Source: an uncultured euryarchaeote
GTDB lineage: Archaea; Thermoplasmatota; Poseidoniia; Poseidoniales; Poseidoniaceae
Length of the DNA stretch: 43,026 bases
Assembly: GCA_937899865.1 (NCBI GenBank)
Contig: CALBRH010000062.1
Span: 1 to 43,026, forward strand
Reading direction: 5' to 3'
The notes under the pieces: model-generated
Told to the model about the DNA's origin: nothing
Seen by the model: the letters and a program-made list of their open reading frames with translations, nothing else
Databases searched by the model: none
Position numbers and translations under genes: made by a program
Part shown: one piece after another, positions 18,001 to 33,000 of the stretch
Position numbering within the stretch: position 1 is the first letter of the stretch
How the letters are laid out: each line of letters opens with the position of its first letter

Positions 18001-21000
18001 CAGTAATCTCTTACTCCGGCTCTCCGTTCACCTATACCAAAGATGTAGCGATCTCTACACTTACTCCAACCAATACTGGCGGCGCTGCTACCTCTTGGAG
18101 CATCTCTCCAACCGAACCAACAGGTCTTACTTTTGATATTTCAACCGGAGAACTTACTGGAACACCTACTATTTTGCAAACCACTCCAGTAACTTATACA
18201 ATTTCTGCAACCAATACTGGGGGCACAGATTCAACAACAATTTCTATTTCAGTCGTTGATGCCTTACCGAGTATATCTTACTCAACAACTACTTTTGATT
18301 TGATTGTAGGTGAGGCAATGACTCCTATTACTCCGTCCAATAGCGGTGGTACAGCAACCTCTTGGAGTATTTCTCCTACTGAACCAGCCGGTCTTAATTT
18401 CGATACAGCAACAGGGGAATTATCTGGAACGCCAACCGTCGAGTCCGCATCTCAAGCGTATACTGTGACAGCGACAAATTCTGGTGGCACTGATACTGCA
18501 ACACTAACCATAGAGGTGCAAGTATTTGCCACACTAACCTCTAGTGTTGATGGAATATCAAATGTACCAAATTCAGCGATTACTCCAATTACTTTCACTC
18601 ATACAATTAACGGTGATACCAGTAGTCCGGCGTGGACTACGGGAGTTTCAGCCAGTTCTTCCCAAGTTATTGCCGGTTCATTTACTAAAGGAAATGATAT
18701 CGCTCAAGGTCCAAATGGTGCAATGGCTATTGTCGGTTATGAATCGATATCAAAAGATATGAAATTGGCATATTACTACGATGGTAGTTGGACTACATCT
18801 GTTATTCAAAATTCAGTAACCGATTTAAAGTATCCAAGTGTAGGAATTGATTCGAATGGCGTGGTGCATATCGTTTACTTAGATATGGCAAATGATGTTT
18901 TACGCTACGCTACAAATTATAGTGGCACTTGGCAAGTAATAGATCTCCATGCTACATTAGGTAATGATGATGATGTGGGTAAAGGATGGATTGCTGGTAC
19001 AGATCTAGCAGTAGATTCAATAGATAACTTGCATATTGTTTACTCTACTAAGAATTCAGCAAATACCATGTATACAATAAATTACACAACTAATCAAGGC
19101 GGTAGTTGGTCTTCTACTATGATTTCAGATGTAACTAAAAACGCCTTTGACCCGGCGATTGCTCTTGATTCAAATGACAAAGCACACGTTTCATATTTCC
19201 GAGAAACCGGTAACAATTTAGTTTATGCAACTAATGAAGGGGGCTCATGGACAAGAGAAGAAGTTGCAATAACCTTGAATCAAGGCAAATACTCATCAAT
19301 TACTGTAGATTATAATGATGTAGTTCATATTTCTTTTATCAAAGATGATGGTAATAATGACGTTAAATTAGCCTCAGGCAATTCAGGTTCATGGTCAGTT
19401 TCACAGATTCAAGGCAATCCAGGCACTGGCGGAACCGACGGCGCCTTTTATACAAGCATTGCAGCAGATTCTAACGGCGATTTGCACATTGTTTATGCTA
19501 AAGATAACTGGAACTACAACTACATTTTGGAATATATGACTAACTCCAGCGGTAGTTGGAATAAATTAACACTATCTTCTGACGGAGGAACATTCTGTTC
19601 AATTTCAATCGATTCAAATGATGACATCCACATTGTTCACGGTGATGTTGCAATAAATACAGAATTAGAGTATGCCACAGCCTCAGGTTCGGGTAAAGGA
19701 GTCAAGCAACATACTACCTGGCAAATTAGTCCAGCTTTGCCTGATGGATTACATATGAATTGGCGTAATGGTACAATTAGCGGCACCCCCACATCGATTT
19801 ACAGCAATACTACTCATACAGTTTATGCAAATATTAGTGGCAATTCTGTTTCCACTATCATTTACCTAGAGTTCCAAATAGAAGCTCCAGATATATCCTA
19901 TACTCAAAACGACCTCACTCTTACCAAAGGTACTGCAATGGGTGCCGTTTCGCCAACCAATAATGGTGGTGCAGCAGATTCGTGGGCGATAAGCCCATCA
20001 TTCTCTAATGGACTCAATTTCGATTCATCAACAGGAGAGATTACTGGTACTCCAAACACACTACAAACAAGAACAGAATATACAATCACGGCAACAAATT
20101 CTGGTGGTACGTCAACTGCTTATGTCAATATCACAATCAATGATGTAGTGCCCGCGATAAATTACAATCCAGACCAATTCGAGTTAACCAATGGCACTTC
20201 AAGTCTTTCTGCTTCACCGTCAAATTCAGGTGGGCCAGTCATCACTTGGTGGATTTCTCCTAGCCTATCTAATGGCCTAAACTTCGATAACTCAAATGGT
20301 GTGATTTCTGGTACACCAACCGAACTTCGCCCAACAACAATGTATACAATTACAGCAACAAATAGTGGTGGTTCATCAGTAGCTTATGTCAACATTACCG
20401 TGACAGACTCAGCCCCAAGCATTTCATATACGCCTAATGTATTTGATTTAACGATAAATGCTGCAATGTCACCAACAGCAACACCAAACAACATTGGCGG
20501 AGCAATACCAACACGTATTATTGACAATCCAACAACTCAACAACAAAATTCAATTGCCATCGACTCACAAGGTTATCGACACGTGGCCTATAAGAAAGCT
20601 AATGACTTATACTATGCAACAGACAAAACAGGTGTTTGGGTCGACACTCTTGTAGACACTACTCTAACAGTAGGTCACTTCGCTGATATTGCAATCGATT
20701 CCAATGATAATGTACATATTTCGTACTATGGTCAGTCAATTACTGGTTTGAAATATGCTACTGATGAAAGTGGCTCTTGGGTGGTAACAGTTATTGATGA
20801 TACTGCTGATGTTGGATTTGAAACTTCTATTGGCATTGATTCAAGTGATAAAATACATATTTCATATTATGATGAAACCAGTGAAGATCTAAAATATGCA
20901 TCCTGTTCAAGCACTTGTTCATCTGCATCTTCGTGGGTCCTTTCAACATTATACGCAACGGGAGACACTGGAAAACAATCAGAATTAATGATAGATTCTT

Positions 21001-24000
21001 CAGATAACATTCACATTGCCTTTTACGATCGTGGAATTGAAGGTCTAATGTACGCTACTGACCAATCAGGAGCGTGGGTAATCACTGTGGTCGACAATAC
21101 AGGGGGAGCATCTGGTACAACTGGAGGCCAACCATCAATTGCTATGGATTCTACTGGTACAATTCACATTGTTCATCGTGATGTAGATGCTTTGGGAATA
21201 AGGCATTCCACCTGCTCCAGTACTTGTTCTTCTTCTAGTTCGTGGAGTAACTCGGCTCTCGAATCTGCTGGAAATGTCGGTCAGCAATCATCAATGGTAA
21301 TTGATTCACAGGACCATTTGCACGTTACTTACTATGATAATGGTAATTCAGCCCTTCGCTATGCCACAAATACCTCAGGTTCATGGGTATTTACTAATTT
21401 AGACACTGAGGGAAGTGTTGGACTTTTCTCTAGCATTGCACTTGACACCGATGATAATATTCATATTTTATATTCTGATTTGACCACTCCAGCACTAAAA
21501 ATCGCGACTCTTTCAGATGACGGAATGTTTGGTTACTCAATTAGCCCAGACTTGCCTAGCGGACTTAGTATTGATGCAGTAACTGGAGAGATTTCTGGAA
21601 CTCCAACTGTACTTTCTGCCTCTACAGTTTACACAATTACGGCGATAAATAGTGGCGGAACAACCACGACAACAATTACTCTTGCAGTAAATGATGTACC
21701 TCCTTCGATTAGTTATCCATTCCCTTCGTATATTTTTACCAAAGGCCAAATGATCTCCACAATTCATGCCACCGCTACGGGCGGCGAAGCAACAAGTTGG
21801 GAAGCGAGTGATTTACCCGCTGGCTTGTCAATAGATGCAGTTGACGGATATATTTGGGGAACGCCTACTAGTATTACCCCTACTACAACTTATACGATTT
21901 GGGCTAATAATTCAGGCGGTTCCGCTTCGACAACCATAACGATGACAGTAAACGATGTCGTACCAGGCACATTCTCTTACAGTCCAGTTGATATGGATTT
22001 GACCCTCAACCAAGCCATGACACCTAACACCGTATCGCCGGGCGGCGGCGCAGTCACAAGTTGGGAAATTGAACCAGACGTACCAAATGGCCTCAACTTT
22101 GGCTCTAACAACGGCACAATATGGGGCACACCAATGGTCTTACAAATCTCACCAATTACCTACACGATCTGGGCAAACAACACCGGCGGCTCATCCTCAA
22201 CAACTGTGACAATAACCATTATCGATGCTGCTCCTGGGCCATTCGAATACATCCCTGAGAACAACACCATCACCAACAACTCACTGGTTCACCTCGCACC
22301 ATATTTCATCGACGCCACATCAGGTAATGGTTCAACCTGGCAGGTTGCTACGCAAAACAATCCAGGTGTGAATTTCGAACTGGTCGTGAATGACATCATA
22401 TACTTCGATGCCAACCAAAACAAGCGTCTTTACGCCTTCAATCCAGTAAATAACACGGTTTGGCAAGTCAACAGTTCACTTACCGGTGTCGGCCAATATA
22501 TGGCCTATGCAATTGATGACGTGCTCTACTTTTCCGCTTTCGGGGCAGGTCTTGGGAACGAATTTTGGGCATACAACACCACGAACAATACGGCATGGCA
22601 AGTGGCCGATATCAATCCAGGGACCGGTTCAAGTAACTCCGGCAATTGGTTAAATGAGCTGAGTGGGGAGTTGATTTTCTTCCGAGCAAACACAGGTTCT
22701 GCATGGAAATTACATGTTTTCAATGCCAGTAATCAAACCGTCTGGGAAGTTTCACATTCTTTCTCCCAACAATTCGGATACTCAGGATCCTCAAAACTTC
22801 TGAGCAAAGCCATTGGTGACACGCTGTATTTTGCTGCCAAGGATTCATCTTCACCACATTATGAACCGTTTGCGTACACCGTATCCAACAACACCGTTTG
22901 GATGATTGCTGACATCTACTCTGGATCCGCATCCTACGGGACAGAAGCAGGACATAATCTGGCAGGCGTCGTGAACGACATCCTCCTGTTTGATGCCTGG
23001 GATGGCAGTGGTGGAGCCCGAACACTCTGGGCTCATGACCCGTCCAACGGCACCACATGGGAAATATCTTCTTCGGACTCAACTCGAAGTGACGGATTTA
23101 TTTCGGCAAATAATTGTGGTCATGATGGCAATAACAGATTGCGTGTCTTCGTGTATGGAGATACTGGTTATTTCTGCGCTGGTGGTTCAGGCGACGGCGA
23201 TGAACTCTGGGCATACAACACCTCAAACACCACGGCGTGGTTAGTCGCTGACATTAATCCGGCTGGAGACAGCAATCCTGGACGATACATGTTCGAGAGG
23301 ATTGGCGACACGCTGTATTTCTCCGCAACAAATGGAAGCACTCAAGGCACTGGACTCTGGGCTCACGACACGTCCAATTCTTCCACATGGCTTGTTGCAG
23401 AATTGGTATCACCAGGCCAAAGGTCGTCCTTGGTGGTTGGAGACACCGTCTATTTCAGTGCTGATGGAGGTTCGGGCACTGAGCCATGGGCGTATGACAC
23501 CTCAAACCAATCTACTTACCTTCTGAAGGACATCTATACTGGGAATTTTATGCACTGCGGTGGCTTCTGCTCCAGTAATCCAGGACTTCACCTCGATTTC
23601 ACCCTTGTTGGTGACGTCATCTATTTCGATGCAAGCGATGGTACTAGCCTCAGTCTATGGGGTCATCGACCTTCAGTCATCAATTATCAGACAAATACGG
23701 GTGGGGATGTTACTTCATGGGCAATCAATGCCAGCCTACCAAACGGTCTAAACTTTGATAGTAATACAGGTGTAATTTCTGGTACGCCGACTCAATTGAT
23801 TTCCCAAACCGCTTACAAAGTATGGGCTAATAATTCTGGAGGTTCAAGCGTTGGCTATTTCAATCTAACAGTTATCGATGATGCCCCAGGCACATTCTCT
23901 TACAGTCCAGTTGATATGGATTTGACACTCAATCAAGCCATGACTCCTAACATTGTCTCTCCAGGTGGCGGTGCAGTTACAAGCTGGGAAATTGAACCGG

Positions 24001-27000
24001 ATGTACCAACTGGCCTCAACTTTGGCTCTAGCAACGGAACCATTTGGGGCACTCCAACGGTTCTGCAAACCTCTCCAATTACTTACACAATTTGGGCTAA
24101 CAACTCTGGCGGCTCTTCCTCAACAACTGTTACCATTACCATCAATGACGAAATCCCGTCATTCTATTACTCTCCAGATGAATTTACTTTCACTAAAGGC
24201 GTTACTATTTCGTCAACCATACTACCAACAAACACAGGTGGAACACCTACTTCTTACACAATTTCACCAAATTTGTTCAATATTTTCCACTTCAATATCG
24301 TTAGCGGAATGATTGGAGGAACCCCAAGTACAACACTAACTAGGACACAGTTTACTATCACGGCAACAAATTCCGGCGGTTCATCTGTTGCATACATCAA
24401 TGTAACAATCAATGATGCTCCACCAGGCACATTTTCTTACAGTCCAGTAGATATGGATTTGACACTCAATCAAGCGATGACACCTAACACCGTATCGCCA
24501 GGCGGTGGCGCAGTAACAAGCTGGGAAATTGAACCAGATGTTCCAAATGGCCTCAACTTTGGTTCTAGCAATGGTACAATTTGGGGAACTCCAACGGTTC
24601 TGCAAACTTCACCAATCAGTTACACCATTTGGGCAAACAACTCAGGCGGCTCCGCCTCGACAACTGTAACAATTACCATTATTGATATTGCAGCATCAAT
24701 TTCTTATTCATTGGATGAAATCGTTGCAACACTTGGCGTTCCAATCAGTCCACATTCCAATCCAACTAATACCGGTGGAGCAGTCGTTACGTGGGAAATT
24801 TCGCCAGACCCAGGCCCTCATTTCCACTTTAATTCAGCAAATGGAGTCATTAGTGGAACTCCGGGCGCGCTTTTGACTAGGTCTCAATACACCATATACG
24901 CTAATAACTCCGGAGGTACGTCGATCGCTTATGTCAATGTTACAATCAATGATGCCGCTCCTAGTTTTTACTATGGAGTAATAGATGATGGTTCACAGCA
25001 CTTCGTAAGATTCGCTGTGAATGCTACAATCAGTCCGGTGATCCCCAATCATAGGGCCGGTGGCGGTATGCCAACGTCGTGTACTACTTCGCCATCCCTT
25101 CCAACAGGGTTGTCGATCAGTTCAAGTTGCGTTATTACTGGAACACCAACCGTTTTGAGTTCCTTTGCTTGGTACACTGTTAGTGCCTCAAATTCCGGTG
25201 GCACGACTTCTTTTCCGACCATAAATAAATTGTACATAGGCGTGTTTGCTGACGGCGGTACACTGACCGTCACACCAACTGCAACCGAAGGCAGCGTGAA
25301 CAGTTCTATTTCAGACATCACGATGTCCTATACGCATCAAACCAGCAACTATGGCTGGTCATCTGGAGTAACCAATGGCTCGTCTTTCTTGACTACCGAT
25401 TTCCAAAATGGTGGTGGTTCACATTGGCTCGGTATTGATTCGGGTGAGCAAGGTGAAATGGCTGTAGTCTATGCTCACAACGATACTGGAGCAACAACTC
25501 ATAGCCTTGGATTAATGTACCGCTGGAATGGAGTTTGGACTGAATACTTGCTTGATAGTGATACTGACACAGGACAACATCCATCGGTTGCTATCGACCG
25601 TCAAGGCGCCTTACATATCGCCTATATTGATACTCATAATGATAAATTACGTTACGCAACTAATGCTACAGGAACTTGGGCTTTTACTACACTGGGTGAT
25701 GCGATCCACAATAGTGTTGGGAGAGGTACTGCTATTGTTGTGCACCCAATAACGGATTCTGTCCATATTGTTACTACCAATTATGCTAATAGTAACCACC
25801 ACCTTCAATATCACACCAATGAGGATGGAACGTGGTTTAACGAGACAATAACCGATACAACGAAAGATGAAGGTTACTACCCTTCAATGGTAGTAGATGG
25901 CGATGGCAATCTTTACGTGGCACACCATTGTGATTCTGGCTGTCAAGATTTACGATTGTCGAGCCGAATCAACGGCGTGTGGCAAATTGAGACCGTCGCT
26001 GGTGTTGCAAATCTATACGGCATGAGTGCCGTAGATTACGATATTGGTAATACCGCTGAAATGACGATAGATTCTCAGGGAACCCTGCACATAGTTTCAC
26101 AATCATCAACCAAGAGAATTTACCTACACAGCGGAACTCCCGGAAGTTGGTTTGAGGACCGCAACGCAACTACTGAATGTTGTGGGCACTGGCCAGCAGT
26201 TGCCGTAGATTCCAATGACGCAGTTCATATCGCTTATCACATCGGTTCGAATAAAAATCTGAAGTATCTAACCAATGCATCTGGTTCATGGAGTTCACCG
26301 AAAGTGATTGACGGTTATGGTGGCTGGGGTAGCGTGATGGAAGTTGACGCTAATGATGATATATTTATTGTAAACAATGCACCAAATAACAACGCAATCA
26401 AGCTGACAACTGTCAAGGGTTCAGGACAAGGTTTGACGGCTATACCCATGTTCGATATCTCACCGCCACTGCCTGATGGCCTAACCATGAACTGGAGAAC
26501 CGGAACTATTTCTGGTACTCCAACCGAAGTACATGTCAATACAACTCACACAGTTACTGTGACTGCGCTTGGATTGACAACTACCGCTACTTTCACACTC
26601 TATATCTCCGGCGCTCCAGGAAGCATTGCCTACGCAGATATTATCGGCACCCATCACTCTCCAATTACTCCACAAGTTCCAACATTCACCAACACATCTA
26701 CTAGTGGGGATATTACCTCTTGGGAAAGTGATCCAATGTTGCCAACCGGTTTGAACATCGGGTCTGCTAATGGAACTATTTGGGGAACTCCAAGTGTAAT
26801 AATTGCTGGTGGAGTCTATGTGATTTGGGCAAACAACTCAGTCGGCTCTTCTTCCACTACAGTAAATATCACCATCAATGCGCAAGTACCGGGTTCTTTC
26901 ACATACAATCCAATAGATATGGATTTAACACTCAACCAAGCCATGACTCCTAACACCGTATCGCCAGGCGGTGGCGCAGTAACAAGCTGGGAAATTGAAC

Positions 27001-30000
27001 CAGATGTTCCAACCGGCCTCAACTTTGGTTCTAGCAACGGAACCATTTGGGGCACACCAACTGTTTTGCAAACCTCACCAATTACTTACACTATTTGGGC
27101 TAACAACTCTGGTGGTTCATCCTCAACAACAGTTACCATCACCATCAATGATGAGATACCAACATTATCCTACCCAAGTAGTCCTTACACTATTGTTCGT
27201 GGTTATGACATGACTGATATTACTCCAGTAGTGGGCGGAGGAACAGTCCTAACGTGGGAAATTTCCCCATCCTTGCCAAACGGGCTATCGTTCACTAATG
27301 GCGTAATCAGCGGCAAACCATTTGCTAACCGATCAACTCAAACATACACAGTTTACGCTAACAACTCTGGTGGCTCTGCCTCTGCAACTTTTGACCTAAC
27401 AATCAATGAGCCAACACCGAATATTGATTACAACCCAGATAATTACACACTAAGCAATAATACAGCAATCCGTATTGATCCAATTCTCCAAGCAAATCCA
27501 CCAAGCGCAGTTGCAGCAATTACCTATTCAGGAACTGCAGCATCGAACGCGTGTTTGATTCAGATGGGTGATTTAATCTTCTACCAAGGTACTGACTCTA
27601 CGCACGGTAGGGAATTGTGGGCCTTCAATCACACTCTCCCTGTTTCAGTCAACAATCCATATATGGTCAAAGATGTATATTCTGGCGCTAATGATGGCAT
27701 ATCAGGAGACTGTGAAGACATGCTGGTAGTCAACAATACTCTATTCTTTAGAGGCAATGATGGTTCAAATGGTGTTGAATTGTGGAAGAGTGACGGGACC
27801 TCTTCTGGTACGGTTATGGTAAAAGACCTCAATTCGGGTTCGGGTTCCTCGAATCCTAGTGACTTTACTTCGGCTAATGACAAACTCTTCTTTACGACCG
27901 GTCTTGGTTCATATCAATTCCGTAGGTGGGTTTCAGATGGAACAAATGCGGGAACTTATGATGTAGGTTCCTGGACATCAAATTTCAACGCCATCTTCTA
28001 TCCTGAAATAGAGTATAACGGCTCAATTTATGGTCAAGGCTGGGATGGTCATAGAGTGCTCTTCTCACTAAATGAAACGACATATGAAAGGGTAGCAGAC
28101 CTCGGAGGAGGGCATAATAACCCGCGTGCCTTGACTATTTACGATGGTTGGCTGTATTTCCTAACCTATGACACAGCAGCAGGAACAGGTTGCTTGTACC
28201 GAACTAATGGAACTGAAGCCGGAACTTCGATGTTTATCTGTGGTACTCCACAACATCACCCTATGGGTGCTAATGGAATGAATGAGTTTGAAATGCAGGT
28301 ATTTAATGATGAATTATATTTCATAAGAGATTCAGGTTCAGGTCATGGCGATGAGTTATGGAAGACTGATGGTACACAAAGTGGTACCGTGATGGTGAAA
28401 GATATTGTCCCTGGCACGTCATCAGGTTTCTGTAGTAATCCTTTAAGCAGTTGTCAAGGAGGATCTAGATTATACGCTACTGAGAATTATTTGTTGTTTG
28501 ATGTAGATTCAGATGGTGATGGCCAACTTGAGTTATGGAAGACTGATGGTACTTCTGGTGGCACATCATTGTTAAAAGAAATCTTTTTACCAGGGGCAAA
28601 TGAAATTTATTATCATCAAGTTGATGAAATAATATACTTCAGAGCCAGCCAACATAGTTCATATCAAGATTCAGAGTTATGGAGTACTGATGGTACGCCC
28701 GCAGGTACTGTAAGAGTGGAAGATATATGGGAGGGCTCATCTGGTTCAGCTCCAAGAGACATCATAGATGTTGATGGAACACTATATTTCATAGCTTACA
28801 ATGGTTCGAGTTATTCACTATTCAATGTCAATAATGCTGGGAACGGCATCATAGGCGCACCAACCACATGGTCAATTTCACCACCAACTCTACCAAGCGG
28901 TCTAACTTTCAATAATGGCGTAATCAGTGGAACGCCAACAGTTCTGCAACTAACACCAATAATGTATACAATCACTGCAAGTAATGCTAATGGTTCATCC
29001 TCAACCACGATTAATCTAACAATAATTGATGCAGCACCAGGCACGTTTGCTTACAATCCAGTGGATATGGATTTGACACTCAATCAGGCTATGACGCCTA
29101 ACACCGTATCGCCAAGTGGCGGAGCAGTCACAAGTTGGGAAATCAGCCCAGATTTACCGGCTGGCCTAAACTTTGAATCCAGCAACGGAACCATATGGGG
29201 AACTCCAACTATCTTGCAAATCGATCCAGTTATGTACACTATTTGGGCTAATAATTCAGGCGGCTCAGTTGAAGTTAATGTTAATATTACCATCAACGAT
29301 GAGGCGCCAGATATCGAGTATAATCCTGACTGGTTTGTTGTGGATAAGGGTGTTTGGTTGCCTGGAGGACAACTGAACCCTCCACTTTCGGCAATACCGA
29401 CCAACTCGGGAGGAGATATTCCTGCAGAATATATTCACACTAGTAGTATGAGTCCGACGCCGGGCCAGTACAACTCAATCGCTATTGACTCAAATGGCTT
29501 CAGGCACGTTGCCTACTACTCGGGTTATACTACTGGTTATACTTTGACGTATGCTACAGATATGAGCGGTACTTGGACTAGGGAGGTTGTTGATAGCTCA
29601 GCACTTTACATTGGACAGCACACATCAATTGCCATTGACTCAAATGATAAAGTGCACATTTCCTACTTTGATGATACCAATACTGACTTGAAGTATGCAA
29701 CCAATGCTGGTGGCGCTTGGGCTACTGTTTCAGTTGACACTTCCTCAGTAGGCAAGTACACTTCAATCGCGGTTGATTCTAATGATGTTGTGCACATCTC
29801 ATACTATGACACATCTTTTAGAGATCTGAAGTACGCTACATGTTCAGCAGTCTGCTCACAAGCGTCTTCTTGGACTACACTTACAATTGACAGTACAGGC
29901 ATAGTTGGTCATACCTCCTCTATTGCGATTGATTCAAGCGATACAATTCACATATCATATCGAGCCTCTCAATTAGGAAACATCAAGTATGCTACTTGTT

Positions 30001-33000
30001 CGTCATCTTGTTCAACTGTATCTTCTTGGACCACGACTACGATTGATAACTCAGGCGAGGCTACTGACCCATCAATTGTAGTTGACTCGAATGATGATGT
30101 TCATATTGCTTACAGGATATACAATTCCTCTACTAGTTACCTCATGCACACAACTTGTTCCTTATCATGCTCATCTGCGGCTTCTTGGACATCAACTGTC
30201 GTTACCTCCGCAACTGGCTATTATAGCTACATATCAATCGCCGTTGATTCTAATGATGGCGTACACATCTCTCATGCGAAACAGAAAACAGGCATCTACA
30301 GTGGTAGAAGCCTAGATTATGCAACTTGTTCTTCATCCTGCTCATCAACATCTTCTTGGACCAATATTATTGTTGATGATCCACCTAGTGGCGTAACATA
30401 CACTTCAATTGCAGTTGATTCAAATGATAGGGTACACATCGTTTACCACCAATCTGGAGTAGGTCACGGGCTAAGGCATATCACACTTGATGCTTCTTCA
30501 GATGTATATGGTTATACGATTAGCCCAGACTTGCCGGCAGGTTTGAAGTTCGACGTATTTACGGGCGAAATTTCAGGAACCGCATTAGAGATTTCGGCTA
30601 ATACAACCTATACGATTACTGCCAGAAATTCAGGTGGCTTTGATACAACGACCGTCACTATCGAAGTCGTAGACCAACTTCCAACTGTTGCTTATTCGCC
30701 AGATGATTTACAATTGACTAACAATACAGCAAGCGGTGATTTACCACTTACACCAAGCTTAACTGGCTTTGGAGCAATCACATCTTGGGAATTGAACAAC
30801 ACTAACTTGCCATCAGGAATCTTGTTCGCCTCCAATAATGGAACATTCTATGGAACGCCTACTGAACTGTGGCCAACTACTGCTTACAAGGTTTGGGCAA
30901 ACAATACCGGTGGCTCAACAGTCGCTTATCTCAATATTACAGTAGTTGATCAATTACCAACTGATATTACTTACCCAGTAATCAATCTCAACCTAACCAA
31001 TAACACTGCAAGTCCAGACTTGCCACTTACTCCGCAAATCACTGGACCAGGAGATATACTAACTTGGGAAATCAGTGATGACTTGCCGCAAGGTTTGACC
31101 TTTGACAGCAATACTGGTGAGATATCTGGTATTCCAACAGAGTTATGGCCAACCACCAATTATACTGTATGGGCAAATAATACTGGTGGCGCAGTGGAGA
31201 TTGAATTCAATATCACTGTCGTTGATGAGATTCCAACGCTAGCTTATTCACCAGATGATCTTGATTTGACTAATAACACTGCAAGCCCAGACTTGCCATT
31301 ACAGCCACAACTAACCGGTCCTGGTGAGATACTCACTTGGGAATTGAACAATACTAACTTGCCAGCAGGAATCTTGTTTGGCTCCAATAATGGAACATTC
31401 TATGGAACACCAACTGAACTGTGGCCAACAACCGCATACAAGGTTTGGGCAAACAATACCGGTGGTTCAGTAGCCGCTTATCTCAACATCACAGTTGTTG
31501 ATCAGGTTCCTACCGATTTCACTTACAGCCCAGATGATTTACAATTGACTAACAATACAGTAAGTGTTGACTTGCCACTTGCTCCACAACTAACCGGCCC
31601 TGGAGAGATACTCACTTGGGAATTAAACAACACTAACTTGCCAGCAGGAATCTTGTTTGGTTCTAACAATGGAACATTCTACGGCACACCTACTGAACTA
31701 TGGCCAACTACCGCCTACAAGGTTTGGGCGAACAATACTGGTGGAACAGTTGAAGCTTATCTCAATATTACAGTCGTTGATGAAGTTCCATCGCTTTCGT
31801 ACTTGCCAGAGAACTTGACGCTGACCAAGAACCAGGCAAGCAATGACTTACCGCTGACTCCAACTCTCACTGGCTCGGGAGCCATCACTTCATGGGCCAT
31901 CAGTCCAGCACTGCCAAGTGGTTTGACATTCGGTACAAGCAACGGAACCATTTGGGGTATTGCAACAGTCTTGCAAACTAGTCCAGTGACATACACAGTT
32001 TGGGCCAACAACAGTGGTGGTTCGGACAACACCAGCATCAACATCACCATCATCGACCAGGCGCCGGACATCTCCTATTCACCAGATGAGCTCAATTTGA
32101 CAAAATACCAATCCAGCAGCGATTTACCACTAAGTCCAACCAATACTGGAGGAAACACACAAACCACCGCATTGTGCAGTTCAAGCGGCACCCCCAACCT
32201 CTTCGTGGTGAGCGATCACGAAGGTACGCGCCATGTATTGTGTGGCACCACTCTCTACAGCACCGATCTCGGAGGTACACAGACCGTGTCGAACAATATT
32301 GTGACAGGAATAGCCTTTGGTCTGGAAATCGATGACGATGGCCATCTCCACATCGGCCACACGATAAACAACTATCCGTATGTTTACATTCATCACGCAA
32401 CGAACAAAAACGGTTCATGGCAATCAAGCAATGTCTTCAACTTCAGCTATGGTGGCGGGGTAAGTTATTCCATGCAAGGATTCAGTATGGCCGTTGGCAG
32501 TGACGACAGCATTCACTTCACGTACATCCGCACCACGGGCGGAGGGAACACCCCGAATCTCTATCATCTCAGTAATCAAAGTGGTTCATGGTCCAGTGTA
32601 TTGTTAACAAACCAAAACAAACCAGCTGAACCATCGCTTACTCTCAACAATGACAATGTACCACACGTTGCATTCAATGTTGGAAACTCTTTCAGTATTG
32701 GAAAATATGAGAGTGGCTCGTACACCACTCTCCTCTCCCGCTCGAATTACTTGGAGCCGGAGATCGCAATCGACGCTCAGGGAGATGTGCACGTGGTGTA
32801 TACAAAGAGCACAATTGGCCTTTATTATTCAACCAACGCTTCAGGTTCGTGGCAACATACCACACTTGAAACAACAGAAAGGCATTTTGATGTCAGGATT
32901 GCTTTGGATAACAACGATTATCCGCATGTGATGAGCGCTTCCATCACAGGGCAATTTAACAGTTACAGACATGTCAATTATTACAGCCATGATGGAAGTT

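Noticed and set aside
21993-29309. Diversity-generating retroelement (template/variable repeat pair)
   Set aside because: Differences between copies are almost all third-position synonymous and involve all four bases, not adenine-specific; no reverse transcriptase in the window.
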